Of a stretch of 47,333 nucleotides of DNA, positions 1 through 11,940 are shown piece after piece. Origin of the DNA: Vitrella brassicaformis CCMP3155 (Eukaryota; Protista; Chromerida). The notes under the pieces were generated by a model. That model saw nothing but the letters and a program-made list of their open reading frames with translations, did no database searches and was not told the DNA's origin. Both the position numbers and the translations under genes were made by a program. The stretch lies in NCBI GenBank assembly GCA_001179505.1, contig CDMY01000582.1:1-47333 (forward strand). Reading direction: 5' to 3'. Each line of letters starts with the position of its first letter. Position 1 is the first letter of the stretch.

Positions 1-614
1 GGATTCGTTCTCGCTTGTCTATCGCCCTCGCGCGTGCGACTAGCTTCTGTCTGCGTGGGGGAGGGAGGGGAGGGTTTGCGGGACTGGGGTGTGCTGATGG
101 GGCGGGGATTGATCCCTCCTTTCCTTGAGCCTGTTTGACTCTGCGTGCTGATGGGACTGTATTTGTATAAGTATCACGGACACACAGACGAGTGTTACGG
201 TTAATGACAGTTTCTCCCCAGGAAAAGGCGAGAAAAAGGGAGGCAGAGGGAAAGAAGAGGGACGGACAAGAAGGACATGGTATGAAGGCGACATAATGAA
301 TATCACATCACGCATGGGCATGACAGAAGCTTTGTGCTCAGATGCTATGCATGGATCAATGACGCACACACATGAATGCGGGCGCACACACATGAATGCG
401 AAAAGACCCGCATACAGGACACACAGATGGGAGCATATGTGTACAAGCTGGAATACTGCGTCGCGGCCATCAGCACGGTGAGAGAAGGCGGCAATGCGGC
501 CAAACGAAACACCAACACACCTGCCAGACGAACACGCGCAGACGAGTAGATCTGTGTGCCGGAGTCCTGCGTGACGGTCGACGCGCTCTCTTCTGCCTGT
601 GACCCTTGGCTCAT
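1..614 (-). CDS. Possible 5' portion of a spliced gene of unknown function running off the left edge
   Basis: ATG at 614 opens MSQGSQAEESASTVTQDSGTQIYSSARVRLA followed by a G|GTGTGT donor; further AG acceptors downstream and an open frame (..PISTQSQTGSRKGGINPRPISTPQSRK..) reaching base 1. No recognisable domain; exon chaining uncertain. Confidence 0.3.
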
Positions 615-630
615 GGAAGCCGACCTTTTG

Positions 631-692
631 CAGCCCCCTCCCCCATTCAAGGGGGAGGGGCAGCCCCCTCCCCCATTCAAGGGGGAGGGGGC
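631..692. repeat. Perfect 2x30-bp tandem repeat, each unit a GC-rich hairpin
   Basis: CAGCCCCCTCCCCCATTCAAGGGGGAGGGG at 631-660 and 661-690; CCCCTCCCCC pairs with GGGGGAGGGG around an ATTCAA loop (10-bp stem; 12 bp in the second unit). Confidence 0.95.
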
Positions 693-913
693 GATGTTGC
701 GTCGTCCGCATCGCCACCTCCCTTCGCTGTCCGTGCCCTCTCTTCAGTCACACACAAGTGCAGCCGGTTTTTGGTTTCTCGGCCAGCATTGTCGTTCACG
801 AGCAAGCACCTTTTCATTCGGCTTCCCCAGGTCTTCAGGAATGGCCGCCAACTCACACTGCCCAACCAATCACGGCGCCTCTGTGTCGACGCAACTAAGG
901 CACCCCAGCCGAC

Positions 914-1199
914 AGGCTAGTATTCAAGCTAGTCTATGTGTTGCGTGCGAGACGGTGGATGGGGGCCAGGACCCTCTGCCAACCTGTGCACACACTGCAC
1001 GAACACCAAGCGCGAGACAGACACGTACACGCACCTCCCCGACATATACCTGACACGCCACCTCCCCCGACCCAGGGGAAGTATGCAAGCCGGGCGGCCC
1101 GGCTTGGTGTTCGTGCAGTGTGTGCACAGGTTGGCAGAGGGTCCTGGCCCCCATCCGCCGTCTCGCACGCAACACATAGACTAGCTTGAAGACTAGCCT
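914..1199. repeat. Long inverted repeat (98-bp arms, 90-bp spacer); foldback/MITE-like or hairpin-RNA locus
   Basis: 914-1011 is the reverse complement of 1102-1199 with 2 mismatches; an additional small hairpin CAAGCCGGG-CGG-CCCGGCTTG sits at 1086-1106. Confidence 0.95.
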
Positions 1200-2887
1200 T
1201 GAAGACGTTCTCGGAGTGGCCAGAGCATGCCTGAGCTTCACCATGCATGTGCAATGTGACCCCGAGTGCCCGTCTTTTGTCTGGTCTCACCTCCTTACGT
1301 TTTACCTCACCGAAGACGCTTTCCATCCGTCTCTGGACAGCTCAGTGCTGCAGCCTCCCCCGCCGAAGCTTCTCCTACCCCTGCAATGTCACGCTGCCCA
1401 CGGCAACGGCGGTCGATGGGGCAACCGGTGTGCTCCACATTGTGCTTCACTGCAAGTTGCACATCATCCGGACCGAACTGATGAGACGGAGGTGTCCTTG
1501 GCCTTCTTCAACCTCGAAAAAGCCTCGTGACGGAGAAATACTCTCTCGATGAAAAATACAAAGGACCGACCACCACTGTAAACATGCGCACCTGTGAGGG
1601 TGTCAACTTGAAGGCATGCTGCACCACTCATCCATTGCGCTGTATTAATGTCCCCCCAGGCCCAACGGATAGCGACTCTCACGGCGACTCTATCTGCTTC
1701 GACTCCTACCTTCAGACCATTTCTGAGGATCCCCAGGTCATCATGGAGTCGCCTTTTGTTGATGTTATCAAAAAAATCCCGTCAACGTGGTGAGTGAAAG
1801 ACACAATCTCTGTTTGAGTCACTCCGCATTCTTGATTCAGGGACGAGACGCGAGTTCTGGAGCCATCGGTGATCGGGAGCTGGCCGTCATTGTACGCAAG
1901 AAAGACGACGAATGGTTCCTGGGGGTGCTGAGTGGATCGAAGAGGATGGTGGCGAGCTTTGGCGGAGCTCGCGGTGAGTGAACGGCAGCAGCGCGAATCG
2001 GCATTGTGTCTTCCTCCCCCCCCTTGATTTTCACTGTGTCGTATTGAGTGTTACGTATTGAGTCACACATGAGTGTTTGTCTGATGGATGCAGACGAAAG
2101 CTTAAAGTGTCTCTGTTTCGCTACGTGCACATGATGCAGGCTTGTGTCTGCAGTGAGTGGCTCGAGTTGCCGTCTTGTCTGCTTGTGTTTTGTATGTCTA
2201 AGTCTGGCGGAGCCTGGCAAGCAGGACATGGTGAGCGTTGCCATGTTCTCAAAGGCGTTCGTCACCTCGCCGACCAGCTTCAGCACTGGGCAGTGACAGC
2301 TGATCATCCTCCATAACGCTGAAAGACACCACACACACACACACGCATCCAGATCTGCAGCGCACGGTTGTGTGGTTGTGTGGGCTTCATCTTCACCTTA
2401 TATGGCAACGAATGCCAATTACCTATCTGACCGATATCCTGCGAACGCAATACGATAAATCAATCAGTGCAAAGATGACCGTACGTGATTGCTCTACACG
2501 TCTGTGGCCTCCGCAGATGCAGGCGCAAGTCGAACGTGCGTTGACGATGCAAAATCAGTGAGAAACTGAGGTACTCTTTGGATGTCTTCCGGCGTATTTT
2601 GACGGGCGACTGAGCATATATCCACAAGTTTCTCGAGCCACAAGTCGCCGCACAAGACGACAACGGTCACTGAAACAGCTTGAACCACACACAAAGGTCT
2701 CATTCACTTCTAAGCAAGACGCCCCCATTACACGCCCCCGCATCATGACAGCGCGCAGTCTCCCTCTGCAAACTCCACCGATACCAATGCCTGCCGTCCT
2801 ACCGAAATGCGCTCGTCTTCCTATGCATCATCGTCTGCCTCGAATACCTACACGTCTGCCCTTTAATTCCCCCCCCCCCCCCCCTTT

Positions 2888-3187
2888 NNNNNNNNNNNNN
2901 NNNNNNNNNNNNNNNNNNNNNNNNNNNNNNNNNNNNNNNNNNNNNNNNNNNNNNNNNNNNNNNNNNNNNNNNNNNNNNNNNNNNNNNNNNNNNNNNNNNN
3001 NNNNNNNNNNNNNNNNNNNNNNNNNNNNNNNNNNNNNNNNNNNNNNNNNNNNNNNNNNNNNNNNNNNNNNNNNNNNNNNNNNNNNNNNNNNNNNNNNNNN
3101 NNNNNNNNNNNNNNNNNNNNNNNNNNNNNNNNNNNNNNNNNNNNNNNNNNNNNNNNNNNNNNNNNNNNNNNNNNNNNNNNNNNNNNN
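2888..3187. other. Assembly gap (300 N)
   Basis: Run of N, flanked by a poly-C tract on the left and poly-G on the right. Confidence 1.
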
Positions 3188-3705
3188 GGGGGGGGATTGC
3201 ATTGCTCCTCTCGTCGAAGCCTTTGTAATTGCAGCCTTCCTGTTCCTCAGCGGTCGCCCCATGCACTCAGCAAACAGAACGATAAACTTGGAACAAAGAT
3301 CGTTTCCGTGCACCACACGTGAATTCCGCCGAAATCTCTGCCGTCTCCTCTTGTCCAGCGCTTCTAAAATACGTACTCAACCTCACTCTACCTCAAGGCG
3401 AGCAAAAATCACTCTCGAAAAATATGTGTATATTTGTTGCCCGGAAATTTCGTATGCTCTCCGTCTGGCCGATCGCCTCCCATTACTCGGGGGCCCCTCC
3501 CCCCTCGTAACAGTTCGACGACACGCATTCGCGTGGGGTCCCATCGACAAAAGGCGGGCATTTTTCTCTCAAATGTGAGCGTTTGCGGTGAGTGATGGTC
3601 TCACTGATACAGTGAATGTGGGAGGGCCATTGACTCTGCATTGAGAGAGGCTCACAGCGTCGGTTTCATCGTTGCTTCCGAATGATTATCGGCGCTGACT
3701 GAGCG

Positions 3706-6700
3706 ATGAGGCCCTTCCGTCCGCCCCCAATGCATCAGATGCATCCCAGTCATCGCAGCGAGCCGGAGGGCGAGCACTTCCCTCGTAAGGCACTTCACTT
3801 TGGATGGATGGACGTTCATTGCTCAGAATGGATGGAAATGTCGCTTTCTGTGTCATCTTCAGACACATCCAGCCCCCAGTGGCCTCCCATGCCTCCGGTG
3901 CGTCCTCCCATCGCACCAGGCTTCGTTGACCGTCCGGCCACATTCTCATCTCTACATGTGGCCGAGAACTCCATCGTTCGACCCATCCCGCCCACCTTCC
4001 AGCCCATGCCGCCCAGCACAGCCGACGGCAGCAACCGCCCGGCCGTCCAGAGGCCCGAGCGAGTGGAGCGCAGGATGGCACAGGCGGGTGTGGATGGGAA
4101 TGCTCCTCTCGCCGGTTGGGGGGCCGTGCGTCGCGAGGTGGATAATGTAGGAGTGGGTGTGCACATGGGTGAGGAGGCTGCCGCTGCCGATGAGATACCG
4201 GAATCGCAGGAAGGATTCGAGGACGATGCCACACCGGATGCCGGTGGGTACACATGGTGGAGGGGAAAATGTGATGTGCGAGGTGATGTGGCGTCTCTGT
4301 GTGCATGTGTGTGTTGGTGTGGTAGGTCCATTGGGTGTGTCGCTCAAGCTGGAGTTCTCGGCGCTGCCCATCGACCAGTCCATGGCGGTCTTCGTTCTGT
4401 GCAAGGTCGCCAAGGAGCCATGCACTACCAACTCCAACTCCAACTCCAACGACAAAGTATGCCACACATCACATACAAAGGCAGGCACCACACACCACAC
4501 ATTCTTTCCTCTCCCTCCTCTCACACTAACAGCCGTCTCCGGCTTCTGCTGTTGCTGTGGCGGCGGCTGCCAGCAGTGGTGGTGGTGCTGTGTCTGCGTC
4601 TGGGGGGCTTGGCCAATTTGGTGGTGGCGTCGGTCTGGATCTCGTGACCATTCTGGACGTGTCGGCGTCAATGTCGGGAGCCAAGCTGCGGTCGGTGCAG
4701 GACGCGATGCGCTTCATCATCTCCCAGCTGACAGACAAAGACCGGTAGGTGGAGATGGGATGGTGTGGGGTGAGGGGGGCACAACTCCCAACGTGTATTG
4801 TGTTGTCTTGCGTTTCGTTGCGTTGTCTGCAGGTTGTGTGTGATTACGTTCTCGAGTGCTGCACGGGTTGAGTTGCCCTTCACCATTATGACGGAAGCCA
4901 AGAAGAGCCTCGCCACCACATGCAGTAAACACATCCCCACGAGACACACACAAACCGCCACATCGCCCCATCATCGGCCCCCATGTTTCATTGTCTCTCT
5001 CCGTTCGTGGCAGTCATGCGTCTGCATTCTCGTAGCGGCACGTGCATCAGATCTGGCGTGGAGAGCGCCATTCAGTGTCTGCAGTCCCGCCGCACGCGCA
5101 ACCCCACCTCTGCGGCATTCCTGCTGACGGACGGGATGGACAACGTCGGGTACGATCCTGCCACGACGCGCCAGCTGGTGCAGTCGTGCTTCACAGCCAA
5201 CCGATGTACGTCATCGGTGTGAGGGAGGGAGGGAGGGAGGGACGGATCTCACACACACGCATCTCGGCCTCTGTGCTTTAAAATCTGCAGGTGCTGTGTA
5301 TCCCTTTGGGTTTGGTGCCGATCACGATGCGGTGACGCTGGGCGGGTATGCCGAGCTCTGCCACACGCCATTCACATACATCGAAGTGAGTGAGGAGGGA
5401 GGGAGCCGGGGGGGTGGAGACACACGGATGGACTGCCGGCCGCTGCTATGGATTCAGTCTCCGTCCGTGATGGGTGAGTCGTTTGCCGGCGCCCTCGGGG
5501 TTGCCAAGTACATCAAGTACCAGGACATCGTGCTGGAATTCAAGGTAAGGCCTGCAGCCATCCACACCAGACAGACACGGCCAGACATGCTGGCTGTGTG
5601 TGTCTCGGTCTTGCGTGCATATCAGGCCACTGAGGCTGACAATTCGGCGATCAAGGCCTTCCACTCTGACTTCGACCACCGCCTCGCTCCTGGCGGCAAG
5701 ATAGGCACTCTCACCCTCCCCGACTGCGTCGCCGATGAGGAGCGACAAATCCTTCTCGAAATGGTGACACACACACCACACACGCCGCTGACATACATAA
5801 CACAGCAGCGCACATCTCTCCCTTGTTATCTATTTGTCTGTGCGGTCAGGAGGTGCCCGAGGTCGCTAGTCCCACCGACACCGAGGAGGCCATCCTGACC
5901 CTCACTGGCTGCTACAAGGACCTCACAGCCCGCAAGATCTTCCACTTCGCACCCCAGACACTCACCATCCACCGTGTGTGGGCGCCACAGCCTGAAGACG
6001 AGCCAGAGGAGGCCGACACGGGCGAGAATGGTGTGCCCGCAGCAGCTGCGGCTGCGGCTGGTGGTGGTGGTGGTGGTGACAGTGTGGGTGCGAAGCGTCT
6101 GCTGGCCATGGGGATACGTGCTGATGAAGAGGTGGGCGAGAAAAGGGCGAGTGGGGGCAGGCAGTGTGTTGATGTGTGCTGGATGCGATGGGATTGATGT
6201 GATGCAGGTGTCGATGGCTCGTGCTGAGCGCGTGGCTCAGCGAGCATTGACTACCGTGTTGCAGGACGGTACACAGCGACCCACACAGTGCGTGTGCGGC
6301 ATTGTCTCCATTCTCACCTCTGTTGTGTGTGTGTGTGTGTGTGTATGTGTGTCAGAGACCGCCGGTCGTGGCGATCTGATGGACCAGCGGATCGGCTCAG
6401 CGATGGAACAGATGGACCGCCTCTCGAAGCGTTCCGCTGCTCCGTCCGTCGCGTTGTACTCAGACCAATTCAGGCTTCAAACTGAGCAGATGACGGTATT
6501 CACACACGCCCAGCCACAAGATTGAGCAGGCGAGACACAGACAGAGCTCTTTCTTATGTGTGTTCTCTCTTTCCCTTCAGTATCGTCGTCCTGGCCATAG
6601 CCCTTCGGCCAACTCGCCCATGACGATGCAGCACCTGTCGGCCATGCGCGCACAGAGGTGGGCCGAGAGGAAGGAGATATCGATGCATTGCTTTCACACA

Positions 6701-7321
6701 GAGACGCGATGGATTCGTTTTCTTCCGTCTCTGTGCAGGACCGCTCGTCCCGTCGGTTCGCCGTCTGTGTGCTACACGCCCAGCTCGCGGTTCCTCTCAC
6801 ACGCCTACACTGCTTCCCGCCCCGCTCCCATGGACAATCGTGACCAAGACATGAGACGTCCCATCAGCAGCCACACATCACTCCGATACGACATCAACAC
6901 ACGTGGCTACGAGCGAGGGCGGGACAACAACCAGGAGCAGCAGCAGAGGGACGATCTGCATGCTGGGAGGAAGCCGCTCCTCCCCGCCGGCAACCCCCGT
7001 CGCCGTTCATCAGCTGGCCTTGAAGCTGCTGCAGCTGCTGCGTCAGATGCAGCGTCCTCCCGCTTCCCACCGCCTCCCCCCTACCCGCCTCCCCCCTGCC
7101 CGCCTCTCCGCCCAAAGGCTGCACCTGCTGCCTCAGCTGCTGCTGCATCGGGCAGTGCGTCGTCGAAGGCCGATAAGGGCGGGAGTGCCCGGTAAGTGAA
7201 GAGAGCAGCTAGCAACGCGGCACACCATGCGATATTCGCTATGTCTGTATGCCGTGTGCTCAGCGGTGGTGGTGGTGCTGAGTCCAGGCATGGCAAGAAG
7301 CGATCGGTGGAGGAACAGTAG
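3706..7321 (+). CDS. von Willebrand factor A domain protein (Vwaint-like C-terminal region, Pro-rich termini), multi-exon
   Basis: Spliced exons give GPLGVSLKLEFSALP..., LDLVTILDVSASMSGAKL (MIDAS DxSxS, ~4657-4671), ..SGTCIRSG.., FLLTDG, YPFGFGADHD; GT-AG introns keep frame; last exon ends ..KKRSVEEQ-TAG at 7321. Confidence 0.85.
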
Positions 7322-8167
7322 ACAGGCTGAGAGACAGACAGGCAGAAAAACAGACGGATAGACAGACCGACAGATACAGACAGAAGAGACACGGACGAGC
7401 AGACAGGACAGGACAGGACAAGATAACATGAGATGAGCTGAGATGAGAAAGGACGAGAGAGACACTCACCGTCCCGCACTCACCTCATCTCAGGAAGGGC
7501 CCCAGTATGTATCGTTTGCGTAGCCAGATGGACCGACTGATACACACAGGAAGAGACACCATGCATTATACCTCATGTGATCGAGTGTGTTTGGCTGGAA
7601 GGCAGATAGCGGGAGAGAGGTGTCTGTCCGGTGAAATGAATGCGTGGATGGTTGATCGGCTGTCATGTGATTGGATGGATGGATGGATGAATGGATGGAT
7701 GGAAGGAGTGATGAGACGTCGCGGAAGGCACGGAGCGCTCTCTCTTCATTCAAGATGCATCGGACAGACAGGTTCTGTCAGTGACACTCAGACACTCCAA
7801 CTAATTAATCGATCCGCCACACACCCACCTCAGCTCATCGCCAATGCCAGACAGCCTCAGTGAGCATACATAGAGCAGTCTCTGCAAATGTCGTGATCGA
7901 GCTGTCAAGTGGAAGAAGCAGAGAAGTCACTGTGCAGCTTGTGAGACACACCAAAACCGAACCACACCAGCTCCCGAACACATCGTTTCACACACGACGA
8001 CTCACTCAAGCCCAGACAGAGACAGAGGGTCACCAGGCAACAGAGAGCCCAGCGCCTTGCAGCAAGCGACCTGCACAATTGGAATTCTGACGGCACGGAA
8101 GCCCCGCGTTGTGTGCGTGCTTCGGGCCCACCTGTGTGTCGACGGCGGCAGCGTACGAGAGGTCGAG

Positions 8168-9741
8168 CTACTCTTCCCTCATGGCGTCCACCTTCGCCCG
8201 CACCAGCATCGTCGTGCGAGGGAAGCGCTGAGCCGCGCTCCGTTTGCCCGCCACGCGGGGCTCCATCGTGAAGATCGCCAAGTTGCAGGTGTATGAGCCT
8301 GTGGGGGAGTGCATGTCGGAAAACGTTGTCACGCGCATCCAGGCAGCAAACTCGTCAATCGCCTTATCTCCACACAGAACCACCACGGTCGTGCACTCGC
8401 GGCGCTTCGTCCACACGTGCACAAGACGACTACCGCCCCACATCGAGCCCAGCCGGACGGTGAGCTGATTAAGCTGCTCCATCACCTGCTCGTGGGCGGC
8501 CTGCGTCATGACTTCGTGGGGTGCTACGCGGTAGACGAATAAATGTGTAGCTTTGATGTCTTTGAAGATTGAGTAGAAGCACATGTCAGTGAACGATGCG
8601 GCCAAGTTCCTCTTGTCTGCACACAAACAACCAGCCAAACGACGCATTGCCATCTGTGCCGTCACGCCACTCGGCATACAGGTGTCGTCTCACATGTGAT
8701 CGGCGGGTCGGATTCGTTGAGCTTGTCGGAGAGCAGGTCGGCCGGCAAGATGCCGGGTGTCAGGATTCCCTCCAGGGCCTCAGTGAATCCCTGGCGGCTT
8801 CGCACGTTGATGTGGTCGGCGACAATAGACGGGATCGACGAGCGGTCGGAACGGCCAAAGCGAGCGCTGAACAGCGACAGCTGCCGCATTGCCTCAAATC
8901 TCGACTTGAACAGCGCACTGCTGCCCACTTGACGCAGGTCATGAGCCGTTATCGTGATGGGTAGACGTGGGAGGTAGTGGCACTTCCTCAGCAGGTGAAC
9001 AAGCTCTACACACCGCTTCCATGACCCTCCCTCTTCGACGACGTACATCATCCTCAGCAGATATTGCATTCCGGTGATTCTCTCGCGGTACCCCAGCAGC
9101 ACCAGCAGCCCGCTCCACACAGGCCCATGGATGGCCTTCTCGATTTCTCCCTCCTTGGTCTTGAACCGCCTTATGAAGGCAAACTTGCCCAGCCATCCCG
9201 ACCATTCGGCAAAAAGCAAGACGCCCCAGATGAGGGCGATTCCCGGTAGCCAAATCGTGCAGACGCACACGGCGAACGTCCCCACGGCGGTTGAGAACAG
9301 GATCCACGAAGTAAATGGTTCTCCCCGCGGAAACATGTGGCCGAGAATCCAGCGGACCATCAAGGCAGTAGGAACCATCGGCAGATACCAAGAGGCGACG
9401 AAGACCACCCAATATGCGACAAATGCCCACAGATCCCCATCGAGCAGACCGAGTGGACCAAGAGTGGCGGTGCAGCACGCCTTCAGATAAAGCAGCGTCG
9501 TCTTGTGCCGCTTCTTGACAGCCACCACGCTGTCCAGGCCCCTCTCGCGGATGGATCCGTCGAGGCGGTCGGTCAGATAGTCCTCACTGATGAACTCACA
9601 GCCAATGCTCTTGGAGGTCGCTCGGAGGGTGCCGCAGCTGGCGGCCGGAAGGAAAGTTTTCAGCTCTGCGGCGACGTCCTCGGGCAAACCGACGAGATCA
9701 TGGAAACCACTGTGGTCTCCACTCATCGCGGAAGAAGGCAT
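8168..9741 (-). CDS. Chromerid lineage-expanded family protein (F-box-like N-terminus) with a hydrophobic multi-TM insert
   Basis: Long exon (GLPEDVAAELKTFLP..LRATSKSIG..ISEDYL; YLLRMMYVVEEGG), one phase-1 intron (~8615-8693) joining DPPIT|YKRN, then VVVLCGDK..IFTMEP..RFPRTTMLVR. Alternative in-frame ATG at 9852. Family assignment is from motif recall only. Confidence 0.7.
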
Positions 9742-9833
9742 GCGCACACTTCTCTTACTTCTCCGCTCCAGCTCGCGGCGCGTTAGGGTTGCGTGAAATT
9801 GCTCGTCGTTGAAGGAGGGGATAAACTGAAGTG

Positions 9834-10861
9834 ATGAGAAGAATAGCCTCATCGTGTCTACGGCCCTTCTGGCAGCCCATCGTGGCCATCACCATCTGCT
9901 GTGTGGCGGCTCTCGCCTACGCCGAGCAGCGGGAGGCACAGAAGCACCCCGACGGAAAGGACAAGCACTCGGAAGGGTCTGAGGGTGGTGAGGCTGTGCC
10001 CAAGATCCTTCTCGTCTGCCACAGTAAGCAAAAGCAAGCAGGGGATGAATGATTCATCCCTTGAACACCGTCCACGAGTGCGTCCGGATCTTCTGCTGTG
10101 TGCCTACAGCTCCGTTCGACCACCTTCCCTACCCGACACCGGACGTCACCGAGGAGTGTTATCGGCAGAAGGTCGCCTACGTCGACTGGCCGCAGTTCAC
10201 CGCACCGGCAACCGACTTTCCGAGACGGCTCGCCAGCTGGCGCCTCGTCAAGGAGAAAAAGATGGCTGCTGTCGACAGTGGTAACGATGCTTATCATCAG
10301 CTGAGCGACGCCAAGCTGACCTTCCAGCACTATAGCGGCCGGCTGCTGCAGGCGTCATACACCAACGTTCGCAAGACCAGAGTGACCACGTCGCCCAAAC
10401 ACGGCCCGCGGGACGTGCCTGCCTGGTGGCAGTTCGACATCAGCGACCGCAAGCACCTCTTGCTGGCCCAGACACACCTGGGGATGCCCACACGGCACTT
10501 TGAGAAGATCTACTTCGTGGACTGCCCCCAGACGCTCTTCTTCTATGAGGACATTATGCGCCTGGCCGAGAACAGCCACAGGGGGATGCCGTTCGACAGT
10601 GACGTCGATGACGGCTATGGCGAGTGTCCGCGGCCCAGAATGATTGACTTCCTTTTGCGACGGCCGCGAGTGGCGCCCCCCCATTGCGGGTGCGGCCATG
10701 ACACCGACGGGCACTATCAGTGTGTCTTCTCGCCCAACCGGGCATTCTGGGCCAATGTGAGGGACCTATTAGCGCCCGGCGGCCACGTGCTCATCAACTC
10801 CCTGGTCAGTCAGAGAGCCATTGACGGCCGCAACACGGGCACACACGCGCGCATATGTGCA

Positions 10862-10895
<34 letters not shown>

Positions 10896-11233
10896 TGTGT
10901 GTGCAGCCGTGGCACTTTGGGGGCGTCGAGTGCGAGTGTACAGAGTCGACTGACCCGCCCGAGCCCCTGTACGATCTGTCCCCAAAGTGCTGTGGGTGCG
11001 AGGTGGTCTGCCAGACGATCAACGGCCGGCGGTACTGCTGGCGGGAGCGGTTCCACGAGGCCCTCATGTGTCTCGCCAAAGAAGAGGGCGTGCAGCTGGC
11101 GGACACCTGGAACGAGCCGAGAGAGGAGCTCGCGCACGTCATGGGGGTGGACCTAGTACTGGGGCAGCACAACAGGGATGAAAGGGCACAGAAGGAGCCG
11201 ACGGACATGGTGTATGCTGCTGCTGGGGCGTAG
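9834..11233 (+). CDS. Secreted protein with class I SAM-methyltransferase-like motifs and Cys-rich segments
   Basis: MRRIASSCLRPFWQPIVAITICCVAALAYAEQ signal-like N-terminus; introns at ~10024-10109 and ~10805-10905; motifs KILLVCH, QFDISD, HFEKIYFVDCP, AFWANVRDLLAPGGHVLIN; stop TAG 11233. Confidence 0.65.
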
Positions 11234-11940
11234 ATGGATGGATGGATGGATGGACGGATGGATGGCTGCATAGGCAGAGCGGTTTGATGGCGCACAGAGT
11301 CTGGAAGGGTGTGTGGGAGGGGACGCTGTACAGCAAGGAGGGAGGAACACATGCCAGCCATGCGTCTTACGGTGGATGGAGGGGCTGATCGGAGACCGGA
11401 GTGTACATATGCCAGCGACATTTTTTCGTAAGACAGACACGCTCGTTTGCTACGCTACGCTACCAGCAAGAAGTGAACTGAACGGACGTGTGACTTCAAT
11501 CAATGCCGACCGACAATCAAGTGAACGCATCATTCATTCAAGTGATCATGCATCACACATGAGGGTCCGTCTGGTCAAAGCTGGTAGGTCGTTTGGTGTG
11601 CGACCGACCAGCGGCAAAAGAGATAGATGGCTCTGTACAACTCTCTCTGCCGAAAAGGTAATACTAACGAGCAGACGTGCAGTCCGCGTAGCATCGTCTG
11701 TCTGTCTGTCTGTCTGCCCAACAGTCAGAGCTGAGTAAGCTGGAACGTCAAAACCACCCACTCTCTGACTCCAGACATGACATGCAGCCAGCATACAGCC
11801 ACCCGAACACCTTTGGTGGTCGTCTGAGCATAGGCTTGACCAAGACCATCACCACACGACCACCTCTCACTAGTCCATCCATCCCCTCATGTCGTCATCC
11901 TCATGTCCTCCTCTGCCGACGTCTTCTCTTTCTGGCCGGC

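Noticed and set aside
631-690. CRISPR-like palindromic 30-bp repeat
   Set aside because: Only two units, directly adjacent with no spacer, no cas genes, and a eukaryotic context.
1330-1460. HSP20/CS-like fragment RRSFSYPCNVTLPTATAVDGATGVLHIVL
   Set aside because: Only a short resemblance to the last strands of an alpha-crystallin domain; no supporting upstream part or exon structure. An HMM search would be needed.
1527-1981. Plus-strand exon-like pieces with a 51-nt GT-AG intron (1790-1840)
   Set aside because: Splicing leads to an early stop in the continuing frame and no domain is recognisable; possibly a gene relic, but unsupported.
2200-2703. Minus-strand exon-like segments (..VVVLCGD..)
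   Set aside because: The short motif match to the expanded family is likely chance; I could not chain the segments into an ORF.
2868-3195. Poly-C and poly-G flanks of the gap as an inverted-repeat element
   Set aside because: Homopolymers commonly terminate contigs; the interior is unknown.
2745-3578. Long ORFs spanning N runs (also 26796-27939)
   Set aside because: Artefacts of translating through assembly gaps.
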